Shown one piece after another: positions 47,267 to 60,724 of a DNA stretch of 64,000 bases. Every line of letters begins with the position of its first letter. Position 1 is the stretch's first letter. The stretch covers positions 327,608,001 through 327,672,000 of the forward strand of contig OZ024740.1 in NCBI GenBank assembly GCA_964016885.1, read 5' to 3'. The DNA comes from Eledone cirrhosa. Lineage: Eukaryota. The translations under genes and the position numbers were made by a program. A model generated the notes under the pieces. The model did no database searches, had not been told where the DNA came from, and saw only the letters and a program-made list of their open reading frames with translations.

Positions 47267-47344
47267 AAAAGAATGAGAAATTAGACAGATTAAAGGGACG
47301 GGCGGGGTGGAATTTGAAAAAAATGACTTTAGATAAAAATAACA

Positions 47345-48677
47345 GTGGAGAGCCGACCAGGAGGTGTAAACTGTCCGGATAGATCAACGTGCCCCCTCAA
47401 CAACAAATGCCGTGAACGTAACGTGATCTACCAATGCAACGTGAGGACGGAAAACTCCAACAAAGCCTATATAGGATTAACCGCCTGTGATTTGAAGACC
47501 CGGCTCTACCAACAACGACATACGTTCAGAAACCCGGCCCGGCGACATTCCACTACACTTTCGGGCCACATTTGGGACCTCCAAGATAATAACATCATAT
47601 ACCATCTAAGCTGAAGCTTACTTTCCAGGGCTAACTCCTACTCGGGAGGACGCCGTGCGTGTAACTTATGCTCGGAAGAAACGATACAAATGCTGTCTAC
47701 GGAGGACCAACTCCTAAACAAAAAAGATGAACTTGTAACCGCATGTAAACACTGATTGCATAGGACTTGCCTCGCCTTCAAACCCTCTCACGACCCGGGT
47801 GGGTAGACAATGGCTGTAACATCTTTCTTTTCCCCACTTGCCGAACAAGATAGGGGAAACCCCAGCATACATAGGTAGATGTAATACTTTTCTTTATTCC
47901 TTTTATTTCTTCTTTCTTCTCACTTCCTTCCTCTCCCTCTCCGCTTCCTTTTCCTTTTTCCTCTTTCGCTTAGCCTGAGGCAGCCCATTGGGATGTTGTA
48001 GCCTCAGTACCCCCACACCTGTGAAATCTATATAGCAGTGGCTGAAAACACAACACTAGCTAAAAATATAGCAGTTGTTTCCTTTTTTAATAGGGTGCAT
48101 CGTTATTGATAATTTACCATCATGAGACGAAGCTCCGGGGTACTGAATTAGATGTATTTTATTAATTCCAGTTTTCTTTTTTTAGACTCTAGTTCTTTAA
48201 TTTTATAAATTCCCTTCTTTCAGATTCCTGTATAATTCTATTTTCGCTATGCTTTTTAGCTAGCCTACTTTATCCACACTCTTTAGAAATAGCTGTATAG
48301 AATTCACTCATAACGCTTGACCGGCTTCACCCACTTCCTCTTTGTTCTACAGGCAAGTTCAGCCACACCTCCACACCCAACCGCCGCCATGAAAGATTTA
48401 ATGTGTTCACAAAGAACTTTGACCACTCCTTTTCATAACTACAACCTTCAGAAATACCTGACTATCGCATGCCCACATATGGAATTAACCCTTAAAGAGA
48501 TCGGCTATATCAACACCACGCTAAACATTTAATTTAGTCCAGAAATAGCTGTCGAATCAGCGCTTGAGCTCTGCCGTCGGGGTTCTGACTCTTTTCCTAT
48601 TACCCACTCTACTACCTAAAGTATCGAGTACTCTGGTCTGTTATGGTCCATCTGGTTCCTTACCACACTTCCTTCGT
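47345..48677 (+). mobile_element. 5'-truncated Naiad-type PLE copy 3 (GIY-YIG pseudogene 47345-47810, 3'UTR, degenerate hammerhead 48487-48584)
   Basis: NCPDRSTCPLNNKC, VIY..YIG, HSTTLSGHIW, CNLCSEE, LLNKKDELVTACKH; ends in the shared terminal block at (TA)n. Confidence 0.9.
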
Positions 48678-48765
48678 TATATATATATATATATATAATG
48701 GAAAAATTTGAACAGGAACAAAACAGAGGGGCAGTACAACGAATGTTTATTAATTTCACGCTCTG

Positions 48766-48809
48766 GAGCCTTGGGACATATATACTGTATATATGTCTGA
48801 CATATATAC

Positions 48810-48870
<61 letters not shown>

Positions 48871-49075
48871 TATATATGTCAGACATATATACAGTATATA
48901 TGTCCCAAGGCTCTGATACCATCAACACCAAAAACACAGAGCTGGCATATCTAAGAACTGACTAACTGCCTGATGAGGTCATAGCCATTCAATGGCTATC
49001 ATCGAAATATATATAGCAGTAAATAAAGGATTATGAGTTCATGCAATTGACTTATGTTTCGTCACTATATACATT
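48766..49075 (+). mobile_element. Short PLE/retrozyme-like fragment with 47-bp inverted arms around (TA)n
   Basis: 48766-48812 is the reverse complement of 48867-48913; a hammerhead follows. Confidence 0.7.
48965..49020 (+). ncRNA. Minimal type I hammerhead ribozyme
   Basis: ACUGC-CUGAUGA-GGUCAUAGCCAUU(C)AAUGGCUAUCAUC-GAAAUAUAUAUA-GCAGU then AAUAAA. Confidence 0.88.
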
Positions 49076-49213
<138 letters not shown>

Positions 49214-49804
49214 CTAATTTAAATCTTAGTCTGCAAACTTATTTGAACTATTTTATTGGAAGTATAATGAGATGCAGTGTTTAGCACAGAAGATACGAAA
49301 CATTGTTGAGTACCACAAATAATATCTAATAAAATGCTTCTTGTTCTTGAAAGCAAAAGTGTAGATATTTAGTTTTTGTTAATTTGTTGTTGTTTTTGTC
49401 ATTTTCAGTATTACTTTATTGATTAAATGAGTACCAGCTGTAAACCAAAATAATATATCAATGATGATATCTTATGTCATGGCAACCCAGACATTTCTTA
49501 CGATATCTATAGACAAGCATTTGTCAATTTTCATGGAGAGATTCTCTAATGCACTGGGGTCGATTTAATCGACTTTCCCCTCCCCTTCAAATTGCTGGCC
49601 TTGTGCCTAAAGTAGGAACAATTATGACCTAACATCAACACATTCCCATCAGTCATAGTTTTTCATTTAGAAACCTTATACTAAACACTTTAATGTGCGT
49701 TTCTCCCCTTCTGCTGAATCTCTCCATAAGTCACATCATCTTATACAATTCAAAATATTAACGTAACCAATGATTCTAACAAGTGTACGAACGACCTGAC
49801 GATG

Positions 49805-50005
49805 AAACCACTACATAGTTGCCAGACCTGCTAGAAATGGCAGCCATATAATCCTCTAAATCACAACCTACCTTTTAGATACGGATGCGTTAGGTAATAT
49901 GTTCTTGGATTCTCTACACATAGGAAAAGGATGTGATGATTCAGACTGGAATGCCTTTGATCATAGGTCGGTTATATAAAAAGTAAGCTTGTGTTAAATA
50001 ACAAG
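49805..50005 (+). mobile_element. Old SINE-like repeat, second family (copies also at 52055-52230 and 63300-63500; reverse copy about 52265-52480)
   Basis: Shared ctgctagaaat.gcagc..aatc..cctac..gataatgtagtcc..cataggtc..taaacaacaac. Confidence 0.7.
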
Positions 50006-50199
50006 TTGTTTATTTTCATCGTATATTAGCAAGTAAATTAGGAAATAGTAACCCTAGAATGTTTTAGCAATAAAATTACAGTTTATAAATCCAAACAATA
50101 TGTATTATAGAAGTATATTAACAATTCATTAACGTTTGTATATTTATAGAAAAAAAAACAAAGAAAAGAGAAATAAATTAGAAGCGAAAGAAAGTGAAA

Positions 50200-50850
50200 G
50201 CGGAGAGGGAACTGTAGACACAACACTCCAGTCTAGACGGTACCTCTCAGCTGCACTCTGTGGACAAAATGGAGAAGGTAAAGCCGTGGAGAACAGCCAG
50301 TGACACCCGTTGCATCAGCTACTCAACCTCATGGAGCTCCTTCCTCAGGTGTGATACACACCACGTGATTTTGCGTAGGAAAACAGCAGTTTAGAAACCG
50401 GAGACACTAGAGGTCTCGATGGCGACCGGTTCGAAAAGGAAGTGATTGGTTTATAAATTCAACGATAAAAAAGTAATGGAGACAGCTGTAAACATTATGC
50501 GAAGCAATCACCTGAAACCAGCTCCCATGCAGAAGATGAATCAATGCATCTTAACAATACTTGATCCATATATATATATCCCAAGAAATAATTGAATTAG
50601 GGAATTCATAAAAGAATTCGCGAAAAGATGCTGCAGCTCACCAAATGTTTGCCTTGTATTCATACTGAATTTTTAGCAATATCATCATTTTGAATTGCGA
50701 GTACTTCCAGTAAAATGTAACCCAATACAAAATATTGTATGGTCGGGTCGTCACTCTATTAAATCTGCCTGGTGTGGGGGTGGGACTGGGATAAAGCACA
50801 AAATCTATCAAAGGGTAGGGGACCTCATGAGGGTCAACAGCCATCTAATT
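50200..50850 (-). mobile_element. Highly decayed LINE RT C-terminal fragment
   Basis: Weak motif YEYKANIW*AAA resembling MEYCSHIWGAA. Confidence 0.3.
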
Positions 50851-52538
50851 GTATGTATTTATGCTTATACATATATGATTAAGTATGATTAAGTATCTTG
50901 TGATGTAGGGGCTTGTGTGTTCATTTGATCCATAAGGCTATAAAACCGTAATTCTAACTCATGGTAAGTCAGACTATGCCAGACAGACAAGTATAGGAGC
51001 CAGACTAAACTTTAATCGCTAGAGGAGCAAACCTCCCTGACAAAATAATCCCACCTTAGTAGCAGTGTGGTGGCCGTGTCACATCTGCAAAGGAACCAGA
51101 GTTGAGTCAACAGTGATTCACACTAGATCCCGAATGAAATAACGTCATGTCAATGGTCAGGACCAAAAAAATTCATTAAGTGAAAGAATGCACTATACAT
51201 TCACGAGTAGCACCAGACACATGTATCATTGTGCAATGGAAATTCATTAAATGGGTAACCTGGCAGTCGTCATTGATGTAGATAATAGAGCTACTTCCGT
51301 TGCAAATGCAGGTAATTAATCTCTCTTCTGTCCAGCTTTTAAAATGACACCCAGAACGTATCCGTTATAGATGTTTAGAAGAAACAAATGTCCTGTAGCA
51401 TAAGTTAAATTAATGCTTTCCTTCATTGGAATGCGTTATTCATTCTCCACCTATATTATGTCGCCAACAGAATTTTCTTACTTTTCATCATAAACTAAAT
51501 TTCCCTCTCATTATTTACCATAAATATTGGTTTCTAATTCAGGCACAAGGCTAGCAAATTTGATAGAAAAGCACAGTTAATTGAATCAACTCAAATACTT
51601 GACAGATAGTTTTATTTTTTCAACCCAAGAAGGGTACGAAAAGCAAAGTTCACCACGGTTAGAATGTAAAGAGCTACAACAAATAGCGCAAAAGCATTTT
51701 ATCCAACACTTGTAATTCTACCTATTAATACTTAAACGTATTAATGAATTAGATTACTCTCTGCATATTCATAAATTCTTAAACTTTTAAGGAATGTACA
51801 ATGAGTATTTTCTTGGTTCGCACACATTTGTCTTCTTGTTTTAGAAGTTAAGGGTTGAAACACTTGCTTGGGGGAAGGGTTTCTCCTCTGAGGACCTTCT
51901 GCCGTCAATCTCTCCTGAGAGTTTCTTACAACCTCATTGGTGTAAATAAAGGAAATAGATTTCAACCATGTTTTAATATAAGATAACTATCCGATGCTAT
52001 CGAAAGCTTGCCTATAATATTAACTGCTCAGTACAAGAGTCAAATACAGTCTTTACGTAGTCACATGAGCTGCTAGAAATAGCAGCTCAATTTACCTCAC
52101 ATCCCGCCTTACCGAGCTGATTAAGGAAAGAAAACAAATGATAATGTAGTCCAATATGTATTCTTAAAAGGACGAGATTACCATAGGTCGGCTAGATCAG
52201 AGGTAACCTAGGATTAAACAGCAACATCTACTACGGAAAACTTGTGACGTTTGTTGATGGTTTTGCTGTTGTTGTTGACGTTGCTATTATTTGACCTCAG
52301 CTCAAAGTTGAGCGAGCAAATATATGATGAAAGGCACTCCAACTGTGACACCATCTCATCCTTTTAATGTGAAGGTAAGCAAAACGTTCTTTTTTAACAC
52401 AATAGTATGTATTTTGAATGATATTTGACTGATATTTCTAGCAGTTCGAGCTGAGACGTATACGCTCCCTCGCTGCTCCAAGAACATGATTTTCGGATCT
52501 TAAAGTTGCTTATCATTTTTTTTTTTCCATTTCAGGGA

Positions 52539-52962
52539 AATTCGTATTTTCTATCATGTTTACATGCCTACATATTAGATATGTGTATATATTTATACAC
52601 GTTGGTACTGTCTCGATTACACACTCTGTATTTTTACAGATTATAATATCATACACTTCGGCTGCTGGCACACTTCTAACTATACATCTTAATTAATTAC
52701 AAACACGAGCGATAATTACATGCAAATTAGTATCCATTTCAGAATGATACTAAGAGCGATGGGCATATATACCCATCAAATACATGTTTCTTTTTGGTTG
52801 GTTACATAATATGCACGTCTTCTGTTGATCCGAAAAATCGATTAAAGATGTTGGCAATTCGTATTTTCTGGCATGTTTACATGCCTACATATTAAATTGA
52901 GTATATATTTATACACGTTTGCTGCAGTCTCGGTTATACACTCTGTATTTATATAGATATAA
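52539..52962 (+). repeat. ~105-bp direct repeats with 318-bp period, containing a stem-II-less hammerhead-like motif
   Basis: aattcgtattttct..catgtttacatgcctacatatta at 52539 and 52857; ends in (TA)n. Confidence 0.8.
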
Positions 52963-53323
52963 CTTTAATATATATATATATACATTTATTTGAAAAAAAG
53001 AACATAATGACTTTTTGTTTTGTGTGTGTGTGTTTACATATTGAGAGAAGCCGCGTGGGCTTAGTTGTTAGAGGTGCTGGGAGAGTGGGCCATTTAGTGT
53101 GAATCAATGTAAACGTTCATGTCATTTTTATTTCTGTACAATTTTCATAGACACTGAAAAAGAAATTTACATTCGCTGGTCTGAATAGGTTGAAAATTAA
53201 TAAAAACAATTATATAAACAAATACTTTAGATATATTCGTTTAGTGTGGAAATATTTGGTTAGGTTTCGTCAAGATATAAACAGGATATGAATTTTTATA
53301 ATAGTTCACACCTATATATTATA

Positions 53324-53742
<419 letters not shown>

Positions 53743-54055
53743 AAAGCAAAAGCGGGAGACAATCCCTACTTCAGTTGTCTGCTGGAGGTGACCACGGATA
53801 TTTCAACGCATTAAAAACAATATGTCTTACACCAGTGCGTCAATAACTTCTGGAAGTTATTGGGGGAAAGGGAGAGAGAAAAAATTAAACAGAAGGGGAA
53901 AAGGAAAAAAACGCAGAGAACATACTGGAAAAGAGCTACTGAACTAAGTCCGAGACTTTTGTTGAAGGTGAATTAGGTAGAGCGAAGTCTCTCTCACCCG
54001 GTTACTTACATACATACATGTATTTTAAAGTATCTAATTTAAAGTATCTAATTTG

Positions 54056-54292
54056 AAGTATCTACTGTAACGAATGTAAAAATTAAATAATCAAGTAGTT
54101 GGTATCCGGTGAATCCAGTGGAGACAAATAATACATTGATGATTTAAGGAAAGATGTAAGAAATAAATAAGATGTAAGAAATAAATAAGACGAAACAAAT
54201 AAATTATCAATGTAATATTTGTCTCCACCGGATTGACCGGATACCAACTACTTGATTATTTAATTTTTTACATTCGTTACAGTAGATACTTT
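54056..54292. repeat. ~92-bp inverted repeat pair (foldback or MITE-like)
   Basis: 54056-54148 vs 54201-54292. Confidence 0.85.
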
Positions 54293-54915
54293 AAATATTG
54301 CCTGTCATTGTCGACAAGAGGACAGTTTTTTTCCATGGGGCGTCATAACAAGCTCTGAACCCAATCCAGCTCTGAACCCAATCCCTAATAGGAATATACA
54401 CTTTGCCAGTTAGATTTATTCTTAGCATAATGACTGTTGTCTAGCTTTCTGACTTCTAACTTTTAAATCTTGTGTGAATTCTAGAATTTTTCTGGGTTTT
54501 CGGGTTGTTAAACCTTTAATATTTTCTATTAGCAGTAGGTAACTTCCTCAATTTGGGGTTGATGGTCTGTATATTACCCCGCCATAAGCGGGTAGCGGGT
54601 ACGAATGCACTAAATTTTGCTGGCCACTAAAGCTGGCAGTAAACAAATTTTGGCTGGTCTGAACTCCAACTGACCGTATAGAGTTGTCGGCCGATGTGGT
54701 GGGGGACTTGTAGATAGAGAAAACACATAAGGTTGGTGGTATTCTTGGTTTAGTTGAGTGGTCAGCCACCCACACTCCTGTGATTAAGCAGCGTTGTCGG
54801 TAGGTCCTGAGAATTAGAAGGGAGCGGGCACTCATGGCAAAAGCATACATATTTTTTTAGTCCGCTTCCTGCCACCCAAAATTACCTCGGAAATGTTACC
54901 TTTTAATCAATTTTT

Positions 54916-54966
54916 GCTGTCTGAAGAAATCACGATATCTATTGTCATTGAAATATGTATAACGGC
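54916..54966 (+). ncRNA. Minimal type I hammerhead ribozyme
   Basis: GCUGU-CUGAAGA-AAUCACGAUA(UC)UAUUGUCAUU-GAAAUAUGUAUA-ACGGC then AATAAA. Confidence 0.8.
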
Positions 54967-55589
54967 TCAATTAATAAACGACCCTAACATCTTCAACTTC
55001 GCATTTTATTCGTTATTATACTCTGTCATCCTTGTTTTTAGGAAGTAATATGACGTTGAGTGCTAGAAGGTATATATTGAGTAAGGAACTCAAAATAGCT
55101 CTAAGAAAGAGATATTTCCGAGCCGTATATTATAATAGAATATAAAAGAAAAACGAACACAACTTGGTGTTGTTTCGCAATGTTAATTGTGAATAGAATT
55201 ACCAATTCAAGCTTATCAGTGGGTGATGAATTAGTATCCTAGACACTTCTAAGTATATTAAGACATTGAATAGTGTGCTATAGCGTACATGGTATCTTAG
55301 CGTGTCTCACAAACTTACACCACTAAAAATAGCAGCCAGGTTTATTCGACATTTGAAATAGCTCAACGGAGCCGAATATATCAAAGGTATATATTGAGTT
55401 AGGAACTCAAAATAGTCTCTTAGCGAATCTGGTCCCTTACGATTTGAACACATATATGTATATATCTGTGTTCGGTTTTCTTTTATATTCTATTATAATT
55501 ATATATATATATATTTGGTATGGGAAGCTTAAAGCGTCCGTATGCGGTAGGCCGTTTGAGCACTCTATGCTCTTACATAGCAGAGTATA

Positions 55590-55832
55590 ATATCACATAA
55601 GAAACGGAAAATCAGTGTTGCGACGAATTAGAATTTATTAGATATATTAAATCGTTTCTCTGGCGACCAGTTCGAGGCACGATCGATGCGATGATCTGAA
55701 GAACTTGCGATTTCAGAGTTAGGTTCGATCATCGCATCGATCGTGCCTCGAGCTGGTCGCCAGAGAATCGATTTAATATGTCTAATAAATTCTAATTCGT
55801 CACAACACTGATTCTCCGTTTCTTATGTGATA
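55590..55832. repeat. ~105-bp inverted repeat pair with ~30-nt loop
   Basis: 55590-55695 vs 55727-55832. Confidence 0.9.
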
Positions 55833-55969
55833 TATATATATGTATATATCGATATAATGCCATATTTGCAGGCGGTCTAAAATCATATTTTCTATTTTCT
55901 TTTTCCCTATCTTCCATAATATATTTGGGTTCAACGTAATCTGCAAATGACAACTGATGAGATCGCCCC

Positions 55970-56024
<55 letters not shown>

Positions 56025-56044
56025 TATATAACATTATATATCAT

Positions 56045-56170
56045 ACCTCGACGGGATTTGAACTCCACCGAGGTCAACTTTGCCTTTCATCCTTACGGGG
56101 TCGATAAAATAAAGTACCACTAATGTACTAGGTAATTGCTGGCCTTGTACCAAAAGTAGAAACAATTATA
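56045..56170 (+). mobile_element. 5'-truncated/inverted tRNA-SINE
   Basis: Same core as 45137-45346; inverted B-box piece at the 5' end. Confidence 0.85.
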
Positions 56171-56359
56171 TATCATATAGAATCGAAAAGGCTTCTGTTT
56201 CCTGTGGTTATCCTTGTAGTTTTAAGGTAAATTTGTTAAGTAAGAAAAATTTCGATCTCCGAATAAGCATCAGGTGGGTATTGATATGATGGTCGAAAAT
56301 GTGATTGAAATCAGTGCTCGGGCATGGCCACTGAAGCCAGTGAAAATGTAAAAGAATAT

Positions 56360-56840
56360 ATATGTGTGTTTGTGTGAATGTGCGTGTGTGTATACACGTA
56401 TATATATATATTCATATGTATATACAAACATACATACATACATGCATGTATACATACATATATATACATATATATACATAAATATATATAGAGAGACACA
56501 CGTCTTTATATATACATATATACACTTACAAATATATACATACATATACATACATATATACACACATACAAATGTATACATATATATATATATACATACA
56601 TTTATACACATACATACATACAAATATATACACATATGTATACATACATATATACATACACATATATACATACATACATATATACATATATATATATATA
56701 CACATACATACAAATATACACATACATACAAACATACATAAATACATACATGCATACATACATACATACATACATACATACATACATACATACATACATG
56801 TGTGTCTGTGTGTGTATTTGTCTGTGTGTGATGTACATAT
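56360..56840. repeat. (TACA)n/(TA)n microsatellite
   Basis: Direct reading. Confidence 0.95.
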
Positions 56841-59591
56841 ATAGTTTGTTCAATTGATATTTTGCTTGTTTTTACGGTGAACCAATAACTTGGTAATTTG
56901 GAATAACAAACATCTTTACTTGTAGAACGAACATGTTTTATTGCTAAATACAAGAATAGTTCTTTGTTGACACAGGTTCACCTATTTATGGTCAATTTTC
57001 ATCACCAATATACAACAGACTACAAATCATTATTCTTTTATGACCCAATGGTTCAGTCTTCTTTTCCGTCATTTTGTTTTTGTTTTTATTTTCCAATTAG
57101 CGTTTATTTTGGTTATAACTTAGACACGGCTACTGTTAATATTTCATAAAATTCCTCCCCTTTATCTTAGTTACTAATGTTCCGTTATGCTTCACATGGA
57201 ATATCTAAATGAGTTATCTCTATATTATATATCTTCCCGATTTTCATTATGTTTCGATGTTACCCAAAAATAGATGTTGAATTTATAAATTTATGAGAAA
57301 TATTTGTAAAAATTTGTGTTGCTGGAATGCTTTGCTCTGGTACTATGCATAAATAATTTTAACGGCATTAGCATTAATTATTTATGCTCAGATATTATCA
57401 GAATATCTGTATGGAATCAATAAATTGTAATGAAAGCTCAAATAATTGTGCGTGTTTCAAGAAAATAAAAAAAAAAATACATATCCGTTAAGATAGCGAT
57501 TTATTTAGAATATTTCTTAATGGATTTTCAAATAAATTTGATTGCAATTTTAGTTTTGGTTATGTATCAAGAACATTAACGAAAGCAATAATTCTGTAGT
57601 AAATTTATGCCGCAGTAAAAATGTCACTACCTTTTTGGAAATGAATTTTTGCTTTTCAGATTCGTCTTTATTTTTTTTTTATTAAAACAACAGAAAAAAA
57701 AATGTCCTATTGGGGAAATTTATCCGATCTCATTTACTTATACCAATTATTTTACCTTGGAAATGAAAAATATTTTCAGTTACTCTTTTATATCTTTATA
57801 ATGGAAACGTAAGGAGAACTCTGGGCAATCGGCGTGTATCTTGATCACGTCTAAATGTTTAATATAAAATTAGGATGAAAGTTACTGTAGCTATATATTT
57901 TATACCAGAATCGTGGCTGCCGTTCATTCTCAACTTGTTACCACTATAAAAACATTATTTATAAATCTTCGATTTAGATGTAACACTCTCTATTATGTAA
58001 CTGGTCTTGAATATGGATGTTTAACATTTTATTGGGGAAATTATGAAGTTAGAATAAAACATATTTGAAAAGTTCTATGTAATGCATATGAGTGGCTGCA
58101 ATGGTACAGTATTGGAATAAATTTCCATTTACTGCCTTTTACATTCTACGCCCCATTAACCCTGTCTATTGCAAGGATGCAGAATGACCGCATGGTTAAG
58201 AAGTTCATTTTACATCCATTAGGTCTGGGTTTCTATCCCATTGTGTAGCATCATAAACCAATCAAACCATGTGCATGAAATTGATCCTGCCTTGTCGTAC
58301 ACTGTGTAACATTGATTCCGTCTGAAAAATACATCATGAATTCGCATGTCTGTGAAACAGTCACATGCTAATTCAATGAATAGGTTGTTCAGTTGATCGA
58401 TGAAACCAACGAAAATCTATTTACTATGTATCATACTGCATAGGTTGTTTATTTTGATGATCTTTAAACTTCTGCAGTAGGTCTGGTAGTGGAGCTATAA
58501 TGTATATGATATAAGGAATCCAATTGATGGTAGTGACAAACAATAGTCCATTGATTATTAACGATTCTTCTTAGGTTGTTGACCGATTTTACTGGTTGAT
58601 ACTATTTTTTCGGGAGTAATCTGTTAATAAAATTAAATGTTTACAAAGACTTTCTTTTTTTCTCTCTCTCCGTTTCTATTCCCATTCACCTACATTACTA
58701 ATATTTCCCGGCTGCAGCCATCGTTTATTCTGTGCATTTTCATTAAGGCAGATGAGGTATACACTTGGTTCATTATATCCTCTTATCCATTGTCTTCACG
58801 ACTCAGCGGCCAGGCCATCATCACACATTACTGAACTTCACTACGATTGATTTAAACAAAAGCTGGGATTAATTACCAATTAGAATGAATTAATACATTT
58901 AGAAATTTAGTAATTAATGTTCGCTCTATCATTTCGTCTGTCATAAGTATTAGTAAAACGAAGTGATTATTATCTATACGTTACACGTTGTTAAGGCAGT
59001 TATACTCTGATCTTAGCTGTAAGTGTGAAAGCTAACTTGTGTTGAACGAATTCTCTTCACGGCGTGAGAGAATAAAGATTGTAACATTTTAAACCGAATT
59101 CGGTAACCCAATTCTACTATAATCTTAATTTCTAATCTTATAAAGGAGCGTTGCAAGCAAATGGAAATACTTCCTAACCTTAACTTATTCTTCATTTTAA
59201 TGTGTTTGCGATTACAGTTTAAGCCTTTTCATACCAATACGCCCAAACCACCTCTGGTTCTATGAAAAAAAGAAACCCCACCGATTTTTGTAAAATTAAT
59301 AATTAAAATATAACATTTTTTGTAAAATTAATAATTTTATATAATCGCTTTAAATCGATAATTAATTAATTGAAATATAATGTATTTCATTGGGAATACA
59401 GTCACAAAATGGTCAAAATGGTCAAAATTCTATGTACTTATGATGTGGTCTATAACCTTGTGTCCTCCCTAGGTTAGCCAAGATTCTTACGTACTGCAAG
59501 TTACAGTCGACATACAAACTTATTTTTATCCTGTTGCACCTAACATTCGTTGCAATTTTGAAGGTGTAGGTTGTGTTATTAACATGAAGGA

Positions 59592-59806
59592 GGACGGTGG
59601 ATTGGCAGTATCGGTAGAGAGTCGGAGACCATGCTTTGCAGCATAGAGTTGCGGCCCTTTACGGTCTGAGTTCAAATCCCGCCGAGGTTAACTTTGCCTG
59701 TCATCCTTACGGGGTCGATAAAATAAAGCACCAGTAACGTACTGGGTCGATTTAATCGACTTTCCTCTCCCCCAAATTACTGGCCTTGTGCCTATACTAG
59801 AAATCG
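59592..59806 (+). mobile_element. tRNA-derived SINE, full length
   Basis: Same family as 45137; imperfect TSD ttaaca(t/c)gaagg. Confidence 0.9.
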
Positions 59807-60538
59807 TTAACACGAAGGGGAGGAGTAATGTTATTCACCTAAGGGAAATCATGAAATTCATTTGCCGCATCTGTGTAAATCTAAGACATTGTGCTTTTCC
59901 GGAAGTAATAGATATCTCTCATTCACAGATGTAAAACTATTTCAATGGCTTTCGGAAAAAATGTGGGAGAGGGTCATTTCAACTTTTTTATTTCTAGTGA
60001 AACTTCTTTGTGAAGAAGAATCCATATACTTTAAAATAAATAATAGGTATTTTAGATACATAAGCTTCTGGTGGGTAGAATTCTATTCCTGTTCACTTAT
60101 GTTACTGAAGGACCACCGTCGATTTCAGGATAAGCATTCAGTTGTTCGCTGAACTGAACCTCCGACTTGTTAAATTAATGTGTAAGTGGTTGCGTATTCC
60201 ACTGGCATGTGTACATTAGGATAATAAAATACGTCTAAAGGCTTGTCCTGAATTACAGGTACAAACCATCTGAAGGACTTCCATGTAGGTTCTGTTCACT
60301 GAGATTTACTCAAATGGGTTGGTGCAATCCGAGGCTATGATAAAAGTCACTTGCGCGATATGGCATGATTGCGAAGCGAGCTTCATAACTATTCAGCCAT
60401 ATCATGTCTCTAAGAAAAGTGCAGATTTCATTTAATCTCATCTCACCTCCACTATAAATCTTAGGCATTATACCTATACAAGAAATCACATTCATTTAGT
60501 TTCATTTGATCATCTATATTTGATCTAACTATAGATAA

Positions 60539-60724
60539 CTGTTTCTACTTTAGGCACAAGGCCAGCAATTAACCAGTACATTACTGGTACTTTATTTTAT
60601 CGACCCCGTAAGGATGAAAGGCAAAGTTAACCTCGACGGGATTTGAACTCAGACTGTAAAGGGACGTAACTATGCTAGAAAGCATGGCGTCCAACCCTCT
60701 ACCGATACTGTCAATTAACCGCTA
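60539..60724 (-). mobile_element. tRNA-derived SINE with 21-bp TSD
   Basis: atttgatctaactatagataa at 60518 and 60725. Confidence 0.9.

Noticed and set aside
47612-47755. In-frame TGA codons as selenocysteine (some Naiads encode selenoproteins)
   Set aside because: They align to Trp and Arg positions in the other copies, not Cys; Cys motifs in all three copies use TGT/TGC
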